From positions 15,750,001-15,814,000 of the forward strand of contig CM059432.1 of NCBI GenBank assembly GCA_030390025.1: a DNA stretch of 64,000 bases. Reading direction: 5' to 3'. Below the pieces are notes generated by a model, which did not search any database, was not told where the DNA came from, and saw only the letters and a program-made list of their open reading frames with translations. This document shows positions 27,342 through 39,711 of the stretch, piece by piece. Position numbers and translations under genes: made by a program. The first letter of the stretch is position 1; every line of letters starts with the position of its first letter. Origin of the DNA: Squalus acanthias. Its lineage: Eukaryota.

Positions 27342-27917
27342 AGTGCTTTAGGGGAAGTGGGAATGGTCTTGGTGCTTTAGCCACCAGACTCAGAAAGAGT
27401 GGGATGGGGAAGCGGTGGGGGATAAGGGTCTTAGTTGCATTGACTTAGGTCATCAAGCAGTGACACAGTGACTGGACACCCAAATTGTTGTCACCATGAA
27501 ATGCTGACAGTTGGTATGTATGTAAAGGTTTTGCCAGGAAAAACATAGAATCTGGAAATATCTCTCATTAAATAATATCAGTGTCTCCAATGATGTAGTG
27601 GAGGTGGCCTCTATGGTATTTGATTGGCAGTTTAGCTGTTTTTATTTGCTGTTAAGGTCTCAAGCATGGGGCATTTTCATTTGGTTAACCATTATGCTGG
27701 TTTGATTAACCAATTGGATATGAGCCAGACCTGAATGAGTTTAGAAGAAACGGAATAAGTGGCACTTACAATAACCTGCCTAGTTGTGCTGAGCTTGGTT
27801 TGTCCTCCCCACTGTAAGTAGACATTGTTTTGATTTATTGCAAGACGCCCACAATTGATCCACCTCACACTTTAAGTACTATAATAGTGGAAATTATGCA
27901 AATCTTTGTACTTTCAG

Positions 27918-28029
27918 GCTGAGTTCTGTCACCTTGGATGTGGCAAACCCCAATGCCATCGACATTCTTCCTGCAGTGGACGTTGAACACTGTGAATGCC
28001 CACCAGGCTACACCGGCATTTCCTGTGAG
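27918..28029 (+). CDS. LAMA1: Laminin alpha-1 exon (~exon 15)
   Basis: ttcAG|...|GTaata, 112 nt; LSSVTLDVANPNAIDILPAVDVEHCECPPGYTGISCE. Confidence 0.93.
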
Positions 28030-28069
28030 GTAATACAGAAAAAACTCGTCTTTTGATTACATCTTTATA

Positions 28070-30160
28070 TGCAACAAACATATATTCCTCTCGGGCATAA
28101 AAACCCAAAAGGAAAAGTGATCCAACCATGGCTAACAAAAGAAATTAAAGCTAGTATTAAGTCAAAGGAGGAAGCTTATAAAGTTGTCAGAAAAAGCGGT
28201 CAGCCTGAGGATTGGGATCTTTTTAGAAATCAGCAAAGGAGGACCAAGAAATTGATAAAGTAAGGGAAAATGGAATATGAGCACAAACTAGCGAAAAATA
28301 TAAAAACGGATTGTAAAAGCTTCTATAGGTATGTGAAAAGGAAAAGACTGGCGAAGGTAAATGTAGGTCCTTTACAGTCAGAGACGGGAGAATTTATAAT
28401 GGGGAATGAGAAAATGGCAGAGAAATTAAATAAATACTTTGTTTCTGTCTTCACGGAGGAAGACACAAAAAACCTCCCAGAAATATGAGAAAACCAAGGG
28501 TGTGACGAGAATGAGGAACTTAAAGAAATTATTATTAGTAAAAAAACATAGTACTAGCAAAATTAATGGGACTAAAAGTTGATAAATCCCAAGGACCGGA
28601 TGACCTACATCCTAGGGTTTTGAAAGAGGTAGCCATTGGAATAGTGGACGCATTGGTTGTCATCTTCTGAAATTCTATAGATTCTGGAATGGTTCCTGTA
28701 GATTGGAGGATAGCAAATGTAACCCCGCTATTTAAGAAAGGAGGGAGAGAGAAAACGGGGAACTACAGACCTGTTAGCCTCACATCAGTAGTTGGGAAAA
28801 TGCTGGAATCTATTATAAAGGATGCAATAACTAGGCACTTAGAAACTAATAGTAAGATTGGGCAGAGTCAACATGGATTTATGAAAGGGAAATCCTGTTT
28901 GACAAACCTATTGGAGTTCTTTGAGGATGTAACTAGTGGAGTAGACAAAGGGGAACTGGTAGATGTGGTGTATCTGGATTTTCAGAAGGCCTTTGATAAG
29001 GTCCCACACAAGAGGTTGGTGAACAAAATTAGGGCACATGGAATTGGGGGTAATATACTAGCATGGATTGAGAATTGGTTAACAGACAGAAAACAAAGAG
29101 TAGGGATAAACGGGTCTTTTTCAGGATGGCAGGCTGTGACTAGAGGGGTACCGCAAGGATCGGTGCTTGGGCCCCAGCTATTCACAATCTATATCAATGA
29201 TTTGTATGAGGGGACTAAATGTAACATTTCCAAATTTGCTGATGATACAAAGCTAGGTGGCAGTGTCAGTTGCAAAGAGGATGTGAAGAGGCTTCAAGGG
29301 GATCTCGACAGGCTCAGTGAGTGGGCGAGAACATGGCAGATGGAATATAATGTGGATAAATGTGAAGTTATCCACTTTGGTAGAAAAAACAGAAAGGCAG
29401 AGTATTTCCTAAATGGTGAAAGATTGGGGAATGCAGATGCTCAAAGGGACCTGGGTGTCCTTGTACATGAGTCACTGAAAGTGAATGTGCAGGTGCAGCA
29501 AGCCAGTAGGAAGGCAAATGGCATGCTGGCCTGCATTACAAGAGGATTTGAGTACAGGAGTAAAGAAGTCTTACTCCAATTATATAGGGCCTTGGTGAGA
29601 CCACACCTGGAGTACTGTGTACAATTTTGGTCTCCTTACCTAAGGAAGGATATACTTGCCATAGAGGGAGTGCAACGAAGGTTCACGAGATTGATTCCTG
29701 GGATGGCGGGACTGTCGTATGAGAAGAGATTGAGTAAACTAGGCCTGTATTCTCTTGAATTCAGAAGAATGAGAGGGGATCTCATTGAAGCATACAAAAT
29801 TATTACAGGGCTTGATAGGGTGGATGCTGGGAGAATGTTTCCCTTGGCTGGGGAGTCTAAAACCAGGGGCCACAGCCTCAAGATAAAGGGTAGGCCATTC
29901 AGGACTGAGATGAGAAGAAATTTCTTCACACAGAGGGTGGTGAATCTTTGGACTTCTCTACCCCAGAGGGTTGTGGAGGCTCAGTCATTGGGTATGTTCA
30001 AAACAGAAGTCGATAGATTTCTGACTATAAGGGCATCAAGGGATATGGCGATAGGGCCGGTGAATGGAGTTGAGGCAGAAGATCAGCCATGATCTCATTG
30101 AATGGCGGAGAAAGCTCGAAGGGCTGAATGGCCTACTCCAGCTCCTATTTCTTATGTTCT
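28070..30160 (+). mobile_element. CR1-type LINE, 5'-truncated, with a 467-aa open RT segment
   Basis: ORF 28689-30092 with [30 protein letters not shown] and KFADDTK; stop codons upstream. Confidence 0.93.
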
Positions 30161-30338
30161 TATCAACATTTTCAATGTTAGAGAGGAAGGATACAGATGA
30201 CTTTTCAACTTGTGCTAATGTCATAACATTTGGGATTCATTACCTTTCAGTTGTGCAGAACTACTCCAGCCCTTCCTTCCCAAGTATACAATGGAGTACC
30301 AGTAAATAGACCGTGAAAATGATAGACACCAAAATAAT

Positions 30339-31054
30339 GGCCTGTATTTTCCGATAGGAGGCTTCCTGTGTGCGGATGCCTCCTATCGGGAAAAAATCTA
30401 CGCCCTTACCCGAAGGCTCCCGAGGTGCGGCCATTTCTGATCCTGGGCCTGTCCACAGTCGAAATGCACAGGGCGCAGGAATCCCAGGGGCGCAGGCCGT
30501 TCGCAAGCGTCCCTGGGATCACGTGGGCCAGGCCAGCCAATAGGAAAAGGGAATCTCCCTTCATACTTTTGACAGCTAGACCTGTCAAAAGTATGAATGG
30601 AGATCACCCCAAAAACGCATCAAAACATTAAATAAATTTTTAAAAAACCATCACGGTGTTAAAATTACATTAAATTAAATATTTTAAACAAAATTTTAAT
30701 TTTTTGAAAAAATAATTAAAGTTTTTTATGGGGCTAAAAATAAACTTAGCTTTTTAAAAAGTGTTTTAAATTATAAATGAGTGGAATTTTTTTTAATTAC
30801 TTTTTTTAAACTCTTATGCTGGTAAAAGCAGGCGTAAGATTTTGAAGTGATTTCAGCAGGCGGAGGTTCTGCAGAAAGTGGAACTCTCCACCCACAGAGG
30901 CCCTTCTCCAGGGCAGGCGTCCGATCTGTCAAGAGGATTCTTGACAGATCGGAAATGCCGGTTTTCAGCGCATGCGCTTCGCATGCCCTGAAACCGGCAT
31001 TTCCGATGTCCCTACGGGTGGGTACACACCCGAAGTCATCGGAAAATACGGGCC
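30339..31054. mobile_element. MITE family 1, 3-bp AAT TSD
   Basis: TIR ggcctgtattttccgat / atcggaaaatacgggcc (16/17), aat flanks. Confidence 0.8.
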
Positions 31055-31777
31055 AATAGAGTTTCTACCATGAAGAGCTAGGAATTACATGCACTAGTAC
31101 ATTATCTGTACAGTAAATACATCTTCCATAGTGATATCGGCATATCTCTGTTTTGATCTCTGTTTTGTCGATATGTGACTTCATAAATGTCCTGTTTCTA
31201 ACCTATGTACCATGGTCATTTCCCACCTAATTTGGCTAGTGCAAGCAATCTCCGAAATTTCAGTATAGTGGAAAGCTTTTCAGCCCATTGTGTCCATACA
31301 GTGTTCGTTCTCCCACTACAGCTATCTGCTGCAACACCACGGCCCTGCGCTTTCCCCATACCTTTCAATAGTTTTCTTCTTCAAGTGTTTATCTTCCTTT
31401 CTCCTATATAATGCGAGAGAATCTCGATGGAACCTGTTGCGAGTTGTTATGATCTGGAGCGCACTGCCTGAAAGGGTGGTGGAAGCAGATTCAATAATAA
31501 CTTTCAAAAGGGAATTGGAAAGGGTAAAATTTGCAGGGCTACGGGGAAAGGGCAGGAGAGTGGGACTAATTGGATAGTTCTTTCAAAGAGCCTGTGCAGG
31601 CACGATGGGACGAATGGCCTCCTCTGTGCTCTATCATTCTCTGATTCTACGATTGATTTAGCTTCCCATGCCACTTATGGTAAAACATTTCGGGGGAGAA
31701 ATTCAGTGTCGCCCCATTTGTCTCTTTTTTTCTTTCTTAATCTTTCCCTTTTCTTTATTTCTCTTTCTGTTCCTGAT

Positions 31778-31935
31778 ATATACTGTGTAATAGATTCCCT
31801 CACTGTACCTTTACCTGACGAAGGGGCAGCAGCTCGAAAGCTCGTAATTTTAAATAAAACTGTTGGACTATAACCTGGTGTTGTGCGACTTCTCATTTTT
31901 GTCCACCCCAGTCCAACACCTGCATCTTCGCATCA
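31778..31935 (+). mobile_element. 158-bp hammerhead-containing mini-insertion, family B, 10-bp TSD
   Basis: tgttcctgat at 31768-31777 and 31936-31945; ttac-CTGACGA-aggggc.agca.gctc-GAA-AGCT-C-gtaa at 31811-31847. Confidence 0.8.
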
Positions 31936-33803
31936 TGTTCCTGATTTGACATTGAATTCACCCACTCTAAATCACCCTGCTTCTCAGTCCTTCCTCTGTT
32001 TATTTCTTAACCCTCATTGGTTAAGGAGATACCCTGTTGGTCCCATTGTTCACCAGCGTCCCAGATGCCCTGTTGCCGTTATCAGCAACTTTCAGGGCAA
32101 AAAGATTTTTGAACGGAGGGCTGAAGGAAAAAGTCTAACTGACCGGGCACACCGTGAGATGCCCTGCTCCAGCAAATTCTGGTCCCAATATCTTTCAAAG
32201 ATCTGTGTGTTGGTGCACCGATACCTCTGTTCCACTGACACACTGAGAATTTTACCATTTAGGTAATTTACCATTCAAAAATAGATCATTGTGAAATGCC
32301 AAAAGTGCACACAGTCACGCACCAGTAATGGTTTGAAAATCAAGACTATGATCTCATTTCTGTCAATATGCTAACTTGCTTAATTCCAAATCATGAATAA
32401 ATGTTGGTTTCACTAACTAGTAGTTCCTGAGTTTACTCTCACTCTGGAAAAGCAGCCAGAAGGGATTTGTAATTTGAAGAAAATCAAATGGGTAGTTTTG
32501 CAATTATTTCATTTCTTCGATAACGGAAGCTGAAAAATAAATGCAATAGACTTTTGTGACATGTATAACTAATTTTCTATCATTTATTTTTATACATGCC
32601 TTGGGGGGGGGGGTGAAATTTGTGCTGTCAATAATTTTATTGGAAAAAGGTCAGCGTGGAGCTGTTTTGTACTCGCACTGACTTTTCCACTAATATTATT
32701 GCTTGGTGAATTTTCACCCTGATGTATACCTTTGAAAGGAGAATGGGTAAGCTGCAGTACAAATATCAAAATTCAGAAACGTGAATTTTTGTGTGTTCAC
32801 AACACTTGAATATCAAATTGCCTCATCACTTGATGGCCAAACATTTCTTAATTTCTCAATGTTCCAGATTTTGCTGAAGTATCATAATAAAGATATAACC
32901 TGCGAAGTATGCCATACACGTCCCTATCTTTCTGAAACTGAAAAAGGTGATTTTGTGAGGCTGCACTCCTGGTGTTGAGCCTTAGACCAGAGCGTGGGTT
33001 GCAGAATCTTCTCTATAGTGTTATAGCCCTATTTCCACCCCACAATCTTGTGTAATGAGGCACAGTGCCAGGGCTGTTGTCCTTAAAGGGGCAGCTGCAG
33101 GCTGCTCTGAAAATAGGGGGGGGGGGAAAACACCGTGGCACTCATTTCTGTGGGGCAAGGAGAAGCATGAATGTTCCCACCCGCTGCTGGTCTCTTAGTG
33201 CTTCATACCCCCACCTTTAAGGGCCCCCGTACGGTGCTGGTAGCTTGCCAAACATATTCTGACCCTGAACATGGTTCGGGCCTCTCACTAGTGGGTGGGC
33301 AGCGCGATCACTCCGCCCGATGCGCACTCTGAACAAAAATCAGCTTGTGGGAGTCTTCACAGGAACAAAGAGCGTGACCCTCACACTTAAACGCATTGTC
33401 ACGCCATTGTTTACATTATTCATTTACTCATTTACTTTGTTAGAATTCAACCTTTCCACATGAACATGACTTCCCAACATAATACTATGCTTCCAGCTTA
33501 AAAGGTGCTACCTTTTCTTATGGGGGGGCTGGGGAACCTCATTCACTGGCAGTGCATATGGACAATCATGGGCTCTTTTCTGGTATGTGCTGGTGGTGGG
33601 TAAAGTTCCTTCCCCCCCCCCCCCCTCCGCCGCCTCCCCACCAACATGGAAAATTAACCCAAAGTTTTTTTGAAAAAAAAATGAATCCAAGAAAGAGGTC
33701 TTTTGAATGGTCTTTGAATTATAACTTGGGATATTAGAACTTTAAGAGATGTCAGAAATGCTCTGCAGTGGGTTTTTATGGACTCAATTATTATTTTCAA
33801 CAG

Positions 33804-33914
33804 TCTTGCATCCCGGGTTTTTATCGTGTCGATGGAATATTGTTTGGAGGCATCTGTCAGCAGTGTGAATGCAACGGCCACGCTACAGAATGTGACACTA
33901 ACGGCACTTGCTTG
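33804..33914 (+). CDS. LAMA1: Laminin alpha-1 exon (~exon 16)
   Basis: aacAG|...|GTgagt, 111 nt; SCIPGFYRVDGILFGGICQQCECNGHATECDTNGTCL (the YRVDGILFGGICQ stretch favours LAMA1 over LAMA2). Confidence 0.93.
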
Positions 33915-34171
33915 GTGAGTTCCAGTTAATGCAATTTACCTAATCTACAACCAGATGCGAGGTGAAATCCTAAAAGCAAAACATTTTTATTGTGGTACAC
34001 GGGAGCCGGTTTTTATACAGTTTCACATTTATTTGTAAAATCTTTCTTAAATAAGGATGGCATCAACAATGGGAACTTGTCCGAAGGTCTTTCGTGGTAT
34101 TGTATGTGTTTGGGGTATGTGACTTCAACTTTTAAAGGATTGTACTTTAGGTTAAAATTTCATAAAAAGAA

Positions 34172-34606
34172 TGAAAGACTTGCATTTATATAGCGTCCCA
34201 AAGCACTTTACAATGAAGTACTTTTGAATTGTAGTCATTGTTGTAATGTAGGAAAAGTGGCAGCCAATTTGCACACAGCAAGCCTCCACAAACAGCAATG
34301 TGATAATGTCAGATAATCTGGTACAGTGATGTTGATTGAGGGATAAGTATTGTCTAGGACACTGGGGATAACTCCCCTGCTCTTCTTCGAAACAGTGCCG
34401 TGGGATCTTTTACATCCACCTGAGAGAGCAGACGGGGGCCTCGGTTTAACGCCTCATCCGAAAGACGGCACCTCCGACAGTGCAGCGCTCCCTCAGCACT
34501 GCACCGGAGTGTCGGCCTGGAATTTTGTGCTCAAGTCTCTGGGGCGGGACTTGAACCCACAACCTCCTGACTCGGAGGCAAGGGTGCTACCCACTGAGCC
34601 ACGGCT
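34172..34606 (-). mobile_element. tRNA/Deu-like SINE
   Basis: Reverse complement of the 2402-2852 family (ccactgagccacggctga head). Confidence 0.8.
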
Positions 34607-34841
34607 GATATCCATGCCAAGCTCAGGGGTGCTGAGGCTAACTGCCCCAGCTGGGAGCAGCAAACTCGTGGTCAGGCTGTGCATCTTTACTACTTTTATA
34701 TTTATGTAGCTTTTTTATGAAGTACTATATTATTTAAAAATATATAACCAGTTACCGAGGGGAGAAAAGAACTTGGAATTACGGTCAGTATTTTTTTTCC
34801 CACAAACTATATTTTAACTGAAACGATGCACTGCTTTCCAG

Positions 34842-34969
34842 GACTGTCGGCACAACACAACCGGCCCTAATTGCGATCGGTGCTCCCTCGGTTTATATGG
34901 CGATCCCAGCAGAGGGACTCCTGAGGATTGCCAGCCATGTGCCTGCCCACTGAATATTTCCTCCAACAA
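34842..34969 (+). CDS. LAMA1: Laminin alpha-1 exon (~exon 17)
   Basis: tccAG|...|GTaagc, 128 nt; DCRHNTTGPNCDRCSLGLYGDPSRGTPEDCQPCACPLNISSN(N). Confidence 0.93.
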
Positions 34970-35304
34970 GTAAGCCTGCTGTGGTTTTTAGTGCAAAGGA
35001 TTTTAATAAATGTTGTTGCCTCTAGTAACTGTGCTCGTAGTAATAAAGAGGAAATGCACAACAATTTTGACAATAAATGGATCCTTTCTGCACAAGTATT
35101 TTGTGTAGATGAAATATACTGTACAGAACATTCGACAAAATTATGATCTCCTGCAGTGGTATAATAACATCTCACAGCATGGAATAAATTATTCTATAAC
35201 CTAACTGTAAAATATTGTGACTGAATCTACTCCTAAGCCCATTGTCTAGTCCTCAATGTAGCCACCATATTGAAAATCCCACTTTAGGTGAAAGAATTAG
35301 GGTC

Positions 35305-35790
35305 TGAAGAGATTTACTAGAATGATTCCAGGGATGAGGGATTACAGTTACGTGGATAGACTGAAGAAGCTGGGGGTTGTTCTCCTTAGAGCAGAGAAGG
35401 CGAAGAGGAGATTTGATAGAGGGGTTTAAAATCATGAGGGGTTTAGATAGAGTGAATAAAGAGAAACTGTTTCCAATGGCTGATGGGTCGATAACGAGAG
35501 GGCACAGATTTAAGGTGATTGGCAAAAGAACCAGAGGTGACATGAGGAAAAACTTCTTTACGCGACGAGTGGTTAGGATTTGGAATGCAGTGCCTGATAG
35601 GGTGGTGGATGCAGATTCAATAGTAGCCTTCAAAAGGGAATTGGATAAATACTTGAAGGAGAAAAAATTGCAGGGATATGGGGAAAGAGCCAGGGAGTGG
35701 GACTAATCGGATTGCTCTTCAAAAGAGCCGGCGCAGACTCGATGGGCCGAATGGCCTCCTTCTGTGCTGTACTATTCTATGATTCTATGA
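35305..35790 (+). mobile_element. CR1-type LINE 3' fragment
   Basis: ORF 35377-35706; (attctatg)n tail. Confidence 0.87.
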
Positions 35791-35971
35791 TCCCATCAGT
35801 TTCAACTGGATATGAAACAAGGTCCCATCCCAGAGGTGAAAGACCATTACTTAAGCCACTGTATCCGTCAGTTTGAAAGGACTACCGTTTCTACCCACTT
35901 GAAACCATTCTGTGGATGCTCTGATGTTTTAATAACTGAAGCACTTCTAAAGTTGTTTATTATTGCTCTAG

Positions 35972-36058
35972 TTTCAGTCCCACCTGCCACTTAAACAGAA
36001 CAGGAGAAGTCATATGTGACCAGTGCCGGCTGGGCTATACAGGATCCAGATGTGAGAG
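35972..36058 (+). CDS. LAMA1: Laminin alpha-1 exon (~exon 18)
   Basis: ctAG|...|GTaata, 87 nt; FSPTCHLNRTGEVICDQCRLGYTGSRCE(R). Confidence 0.92.
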
Positions 36059-36104
36059 GTAATAGTTAAAGACTATGTAATGTTGGTAAATGATTTTCTT
36101 TTTT

Positions 36105-36486
36105 TTATTTGTTCATGGGTGTTGCTGGCAAGACCAGCATTTATTGCCCATCCCTAATTGCCCTTGAGTGGCTTGCTAGGCCATTTCAGAGGGCAGTTAA
36201 GAGTCAACCACATTGCTGTGGGTCTGGAGTCACGTATAGACCAGACCGGGTAAGGACGGCAGATTTCCTTACCTATAGGACATTAGTGAACCAGATGGGT
36301 TTTTATGACAATCCGATAGTTTCATGATCACCATTACTGATACTAGCTTTTTAATTCCAGATTGATTTAATTAACTGAATTTAAATTCCCCAGCTGCCGT
36401 GGTGGGATTTGAACTCTTATCTCTCACAATTATTAGTCCAGGCCTCTGGATTACTAGTCCAGTAGCATAACCACAATGCTACCGTT
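36105..36486 (-). mobile_element. tRNA-headed SINE sharing its 3' tail with the LINE at 22655/46500
   Basis: Minus-strand B-box gagttcaaatccc; shared gctggcaag.ccagcatttattgcccatcccta.ttgcccttgag. Confidence 0.65.
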
Positions 36487-37482
36487 TCCTATTTCTGTTG
36501 AGATATGATTAACTCTTTAGCATGCACAATTGTAATTTCTTTATGTTGGTATGTTGTGGTTCCCAGAATCTTGACGTAGCTCAGCTGCACATTACTGTCA
36601 ACATCTCACTAATTAAAGTAACATTTTCAAAACAGAAGCTTGATCATGAAATCCAGGTGAAGGGGAAAAGGCCTGTACAGCAGGGCACCACCCAGGTTGA
36701 AAGCACTAGAAGAGAAATTGAGATGAAACAGTGGTTAGGTGTTGGCAAGTGTGGGTTTTAAAAGCTTATTAGATTGTAAGCTTAAGGAAAGACTGAGGGA
36801 TGTATAGAGTGCCACAGTTTTCAGATCCTGAGCAAGAATGAGTTAGCACTGAATATGAGTCTCTCAGTGAGATTGTAGGGAGGAGATGGAGGACCTGAAA
36901 CTCTGACAGCGCGTTTGGATCTGAGGTGGAGAGGGACTCCAGCCCGTCTTTACCCAGCGGCGCCAGTTTACACAGGCAGAGGAAGGCAAACTGTTTAAAT
37001 ACAGCTGGGAATACACCTCATGAGAGGGCGGGATACCTGGAAGAAAAGAAATCCAGTCCAGCAGCAAGATATTAAACCTGCTGCTGCTTAAAGAGGAAAC
37101 GGCAGCACTGGAGGAAGAGGTAACCGAGGTGACAAGGTCGAAGAGTCGAGCAGCAAATCTTAGGAAGAAAAACCAGAGGAATTTCTTCTCTCAGAGGGTC
37201 GTGAATCTGTGGAATTCTCTTCCCCAGAGAGCTGTGGAGGCTGGGTCATTGAATATATTTAAGGTGGAGATAGACAGATTTTTGAATGATAAGGGAGTCA
37301 AGGGTTATGGGGAGCAGGCAGGGAAGTGCAGTTGAGGCCAAGATCAGATCAGCCATGATCTTATTGAATGGCGGAGCAGGCTCGAGGGGCCAAATGACCA
37401 ACTCCTGCTCCAACGTCTTATGTTATTATGTTCTTAGGAAGCTGGACCTGCATGTCCTCTTAAAGGAGCAGCAGGAATAGTC

Positions 37483-37677
37483 GCTACTTATCACAGACCT
37501 CCCCCTTTTGTTCTTTTATTCCTCCCCCAGCCTCCCCTTGCTTTTTTATCTGTTTCATTTCCTGCTTTTTTCTCAGTTCTGACGAAGGGTCTTCGACCTG
37601 AAACGTTAACTCTGTTTCTCTCTCCACGGATGTTACCTGGCCTGCTGAGTTTTTCCAGCGTTTTCTGTTGTTATATT
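37483..37677 (+). mobile_element. 195-bp Penelope-like 3' insertion with hammerhead (family A), 13-bp TSD
   Basis: agcaggaatagtc at 37470-37482 and 37678-37690; hammerhead 37575-37611; near-identical to ~6520-6710. Confidence 0.82.
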
Positions 37678-37727
37678 AGCAGGAATAGTCTGTTTGGAGT
37701 CTTGAGCTAGAGTATGGCGCACGCGAA

Positions 37728-39375
37728 TGTGGCAGAGGGAGGTGGCTGTGGCGGAGGGAGGTGGCTGTGGGAGAGCGAGGTGGCTGTGGCGGAGGGAGGT
37801 GGCTGTGGCGGAGGGAGGTGGCTGTGGCGGAGCGAGGTGGCTGTGGCGGAGCGAGGTGGCTGTGGCGGAGGGAGGTGGCTGTGGCGGAGGGAGGTGGCTG
37901 TGGCGGAGGGAGGTGGCTGTGGGAGAGCGAGGTGGCTGTGGCGGAGCGAGGCGGCTGTGGCGGAGCGAGGCGGCTGTGGCGGAGGGAGGCGGCTGTGGCG
38001 GAGCGAGGTGGCTGTGGCGGAGGGAGGTGGCTGTGGCGGAGGGAGGTGGCTGTGGCGGAGGGAGGTGGCTGTGGCGGAGGGAGGCGGCTGTGGCGGAGGG
38101 AGGCGGCTGTGGCGGAGCGAGGCGGCTGTGGCGGAGCGAGGCGGCTGTGGCGGAGGGAGGCGGCTGTGGCGGAGGGAGGTGGCTGTGGCGGAGGGAGGTG
38201 GCTGTGGCGGAGGGAGGTGGCTGTGGCGGAGGGAGGTGGCTGTGGCGGAGGGAGGCGGCTGTGGCGGAGGGAGGCGGCTGTGGCGGAGGGAGGCGGCTGT
38301 GGGGGAGCGAGGCGGCTGTGGCGGAGGGAGGCGGCTGTGGCGGAGGGAGGCGGCTGTGGCGGAGGGAGGCGGCTGTGGCGGAGCGAGGTGGCTGTGGCGG
38401 AGGGAGGTGGCTGTGGCGGAGGGAGGCGGCTGTGGCGGAGCGAGGCGGCTGTGGCGGAGGGAGGCGGCTGTGGCGGAGGGAGGCGGCTGTGGCGGAGGGA
38501 GGCGGCTGTGGCGGAGGGAGGCGGCTGTGGCGGAGCGAGGCGGCTGTGGCGGAGCGAGGCGGCTGTGGCGGAGGGAGGCGGCTGTGGCGGAGGGAGGCGG
38601 CTGTGGCGGAGCGAGGCGGCTGTGGCGGAGGGAGGCGGCTGTGGCGGAGGGAGGCGGCTGTGGCGGAGGGAGGCGGCTGTGGCGGAGGGAGGCGGCTGTG
38701 GCGGAGGGAGGCGGCTGTGGCGGAGGGAGGCGGCTGTGGCGGAGGGAGGCGGCTGTGGCGGAGGGAGGCGGCTGTGGCGGAGGGAGGCGGCTGTGGCGGA
38801 GGGAGGCGGCTGTGGCGGAGGGAGGCGGCTGTGGCGGAGGGAGGCGGCTGTGGCGGAGGGAGGCGGCTGTGGCGGAGGGAGGCGGCTGTGGCGGAGGGAG
38901 GCGGCTGTGGCGGAGCGAGGCGGCTGTGGCGGAGGGAGGCGGCTGTGGCGGAGGGAGGCGGCTGTGGCGGAGGGAGGCGGCTGTGGCGGAGGGAGGCGGC
39001 TGTGGCGGAGGGAGGCGGCTGTGGCGGAGGGAGGCGGCTGTGGCGGAGGGAGGCGGCTGTGGCGGAGGGAGGCGGCTGTGGCGGAGGGAGGCGGCTGTGG
39101 CGGAGGGAGGCGGCTGTGGCGGAGGGAGGCGGCTGTGGCGGAGGGAGGCGGCTGTGGCGGAGGGAGGCGGCTGTGGCGGAGGGAGGCGGCTGTGGCGGAG
39201 GGAGGCGGCTGTGGCGGAGGGAGGCGGCTGTGGCGGAGGGAGGCGGCTGTGGCGGAGGGAGGCGGCTGTGGCGGAGGGAGGCGGCTGTGGCGGAGGGAGG
39301 CGGCTGTGGCGGAGGGAGGCGGCTGTGGCGGAGGGAGGCGGCTGTGGCGGAGGGAGGTGGCTGTGGCAGAGCGAG
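37728..39375. repeat. GC-rich 19-bp minisatellite, about 86 units
   Basis: Unit GGCGGAGGGAGGCGGCTGT with GAGCG and GGTGG variants. Confidence 0.97.
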
Positions 39376-39711
39376 CCACCTCCTTGAAGCCCAGGATTCC
39401 TTTGCGATGTAGAATGTAATGACCTCATGAGAGGCAAGCCACCTGCTCTCTCTTGCAGTCTCTTTATAGGTGTGGCACTCCTTCATTTATTGCCCTCGCA
39501 GCACCACAAAACTCTGACAGTAGGGAGCACAGGCCAGCCCTCGGTTCCCAGATCTGTGCACTCACATCCCTGGGATCCTGCTGTAAAAAGACGATGCTCG
39601 ATGAACCTCACACTCGCATGGAGGCACTGAGGGCTACCTTGGAGAATCTGAAACAGATGGCAGCAGTCATGGCGATGTCAAGTTCAATTCAATGCCAATA
39701 TCCAACAACAA

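Noticed and set aside
28689..30092. Active or domesticated reverse transcriptase gene
   Set aside because: 5'-truncated CR1 with in-frame stops upstream, no endonuclease domain and a frameshifted C-terminus
37728..39375. CRISPR array, or PRDM9/chi-like recombination motif
   Set aside because: There are no unique spacers and the DNA is eukaryotic. CCTCCCTCCGCCAC has a 3-nt rather than 2-nt gap relative to the human PRDM9 motif, and GCTGTGG is not chi (GCTGGTGG).
37633..39486. Six ORFs of 550-617 aa
   Set aside because: Artefact of a stop-free 19-bp tandem repeat: all frames give the same periodic peptide, it is intronic, and there is no splice support
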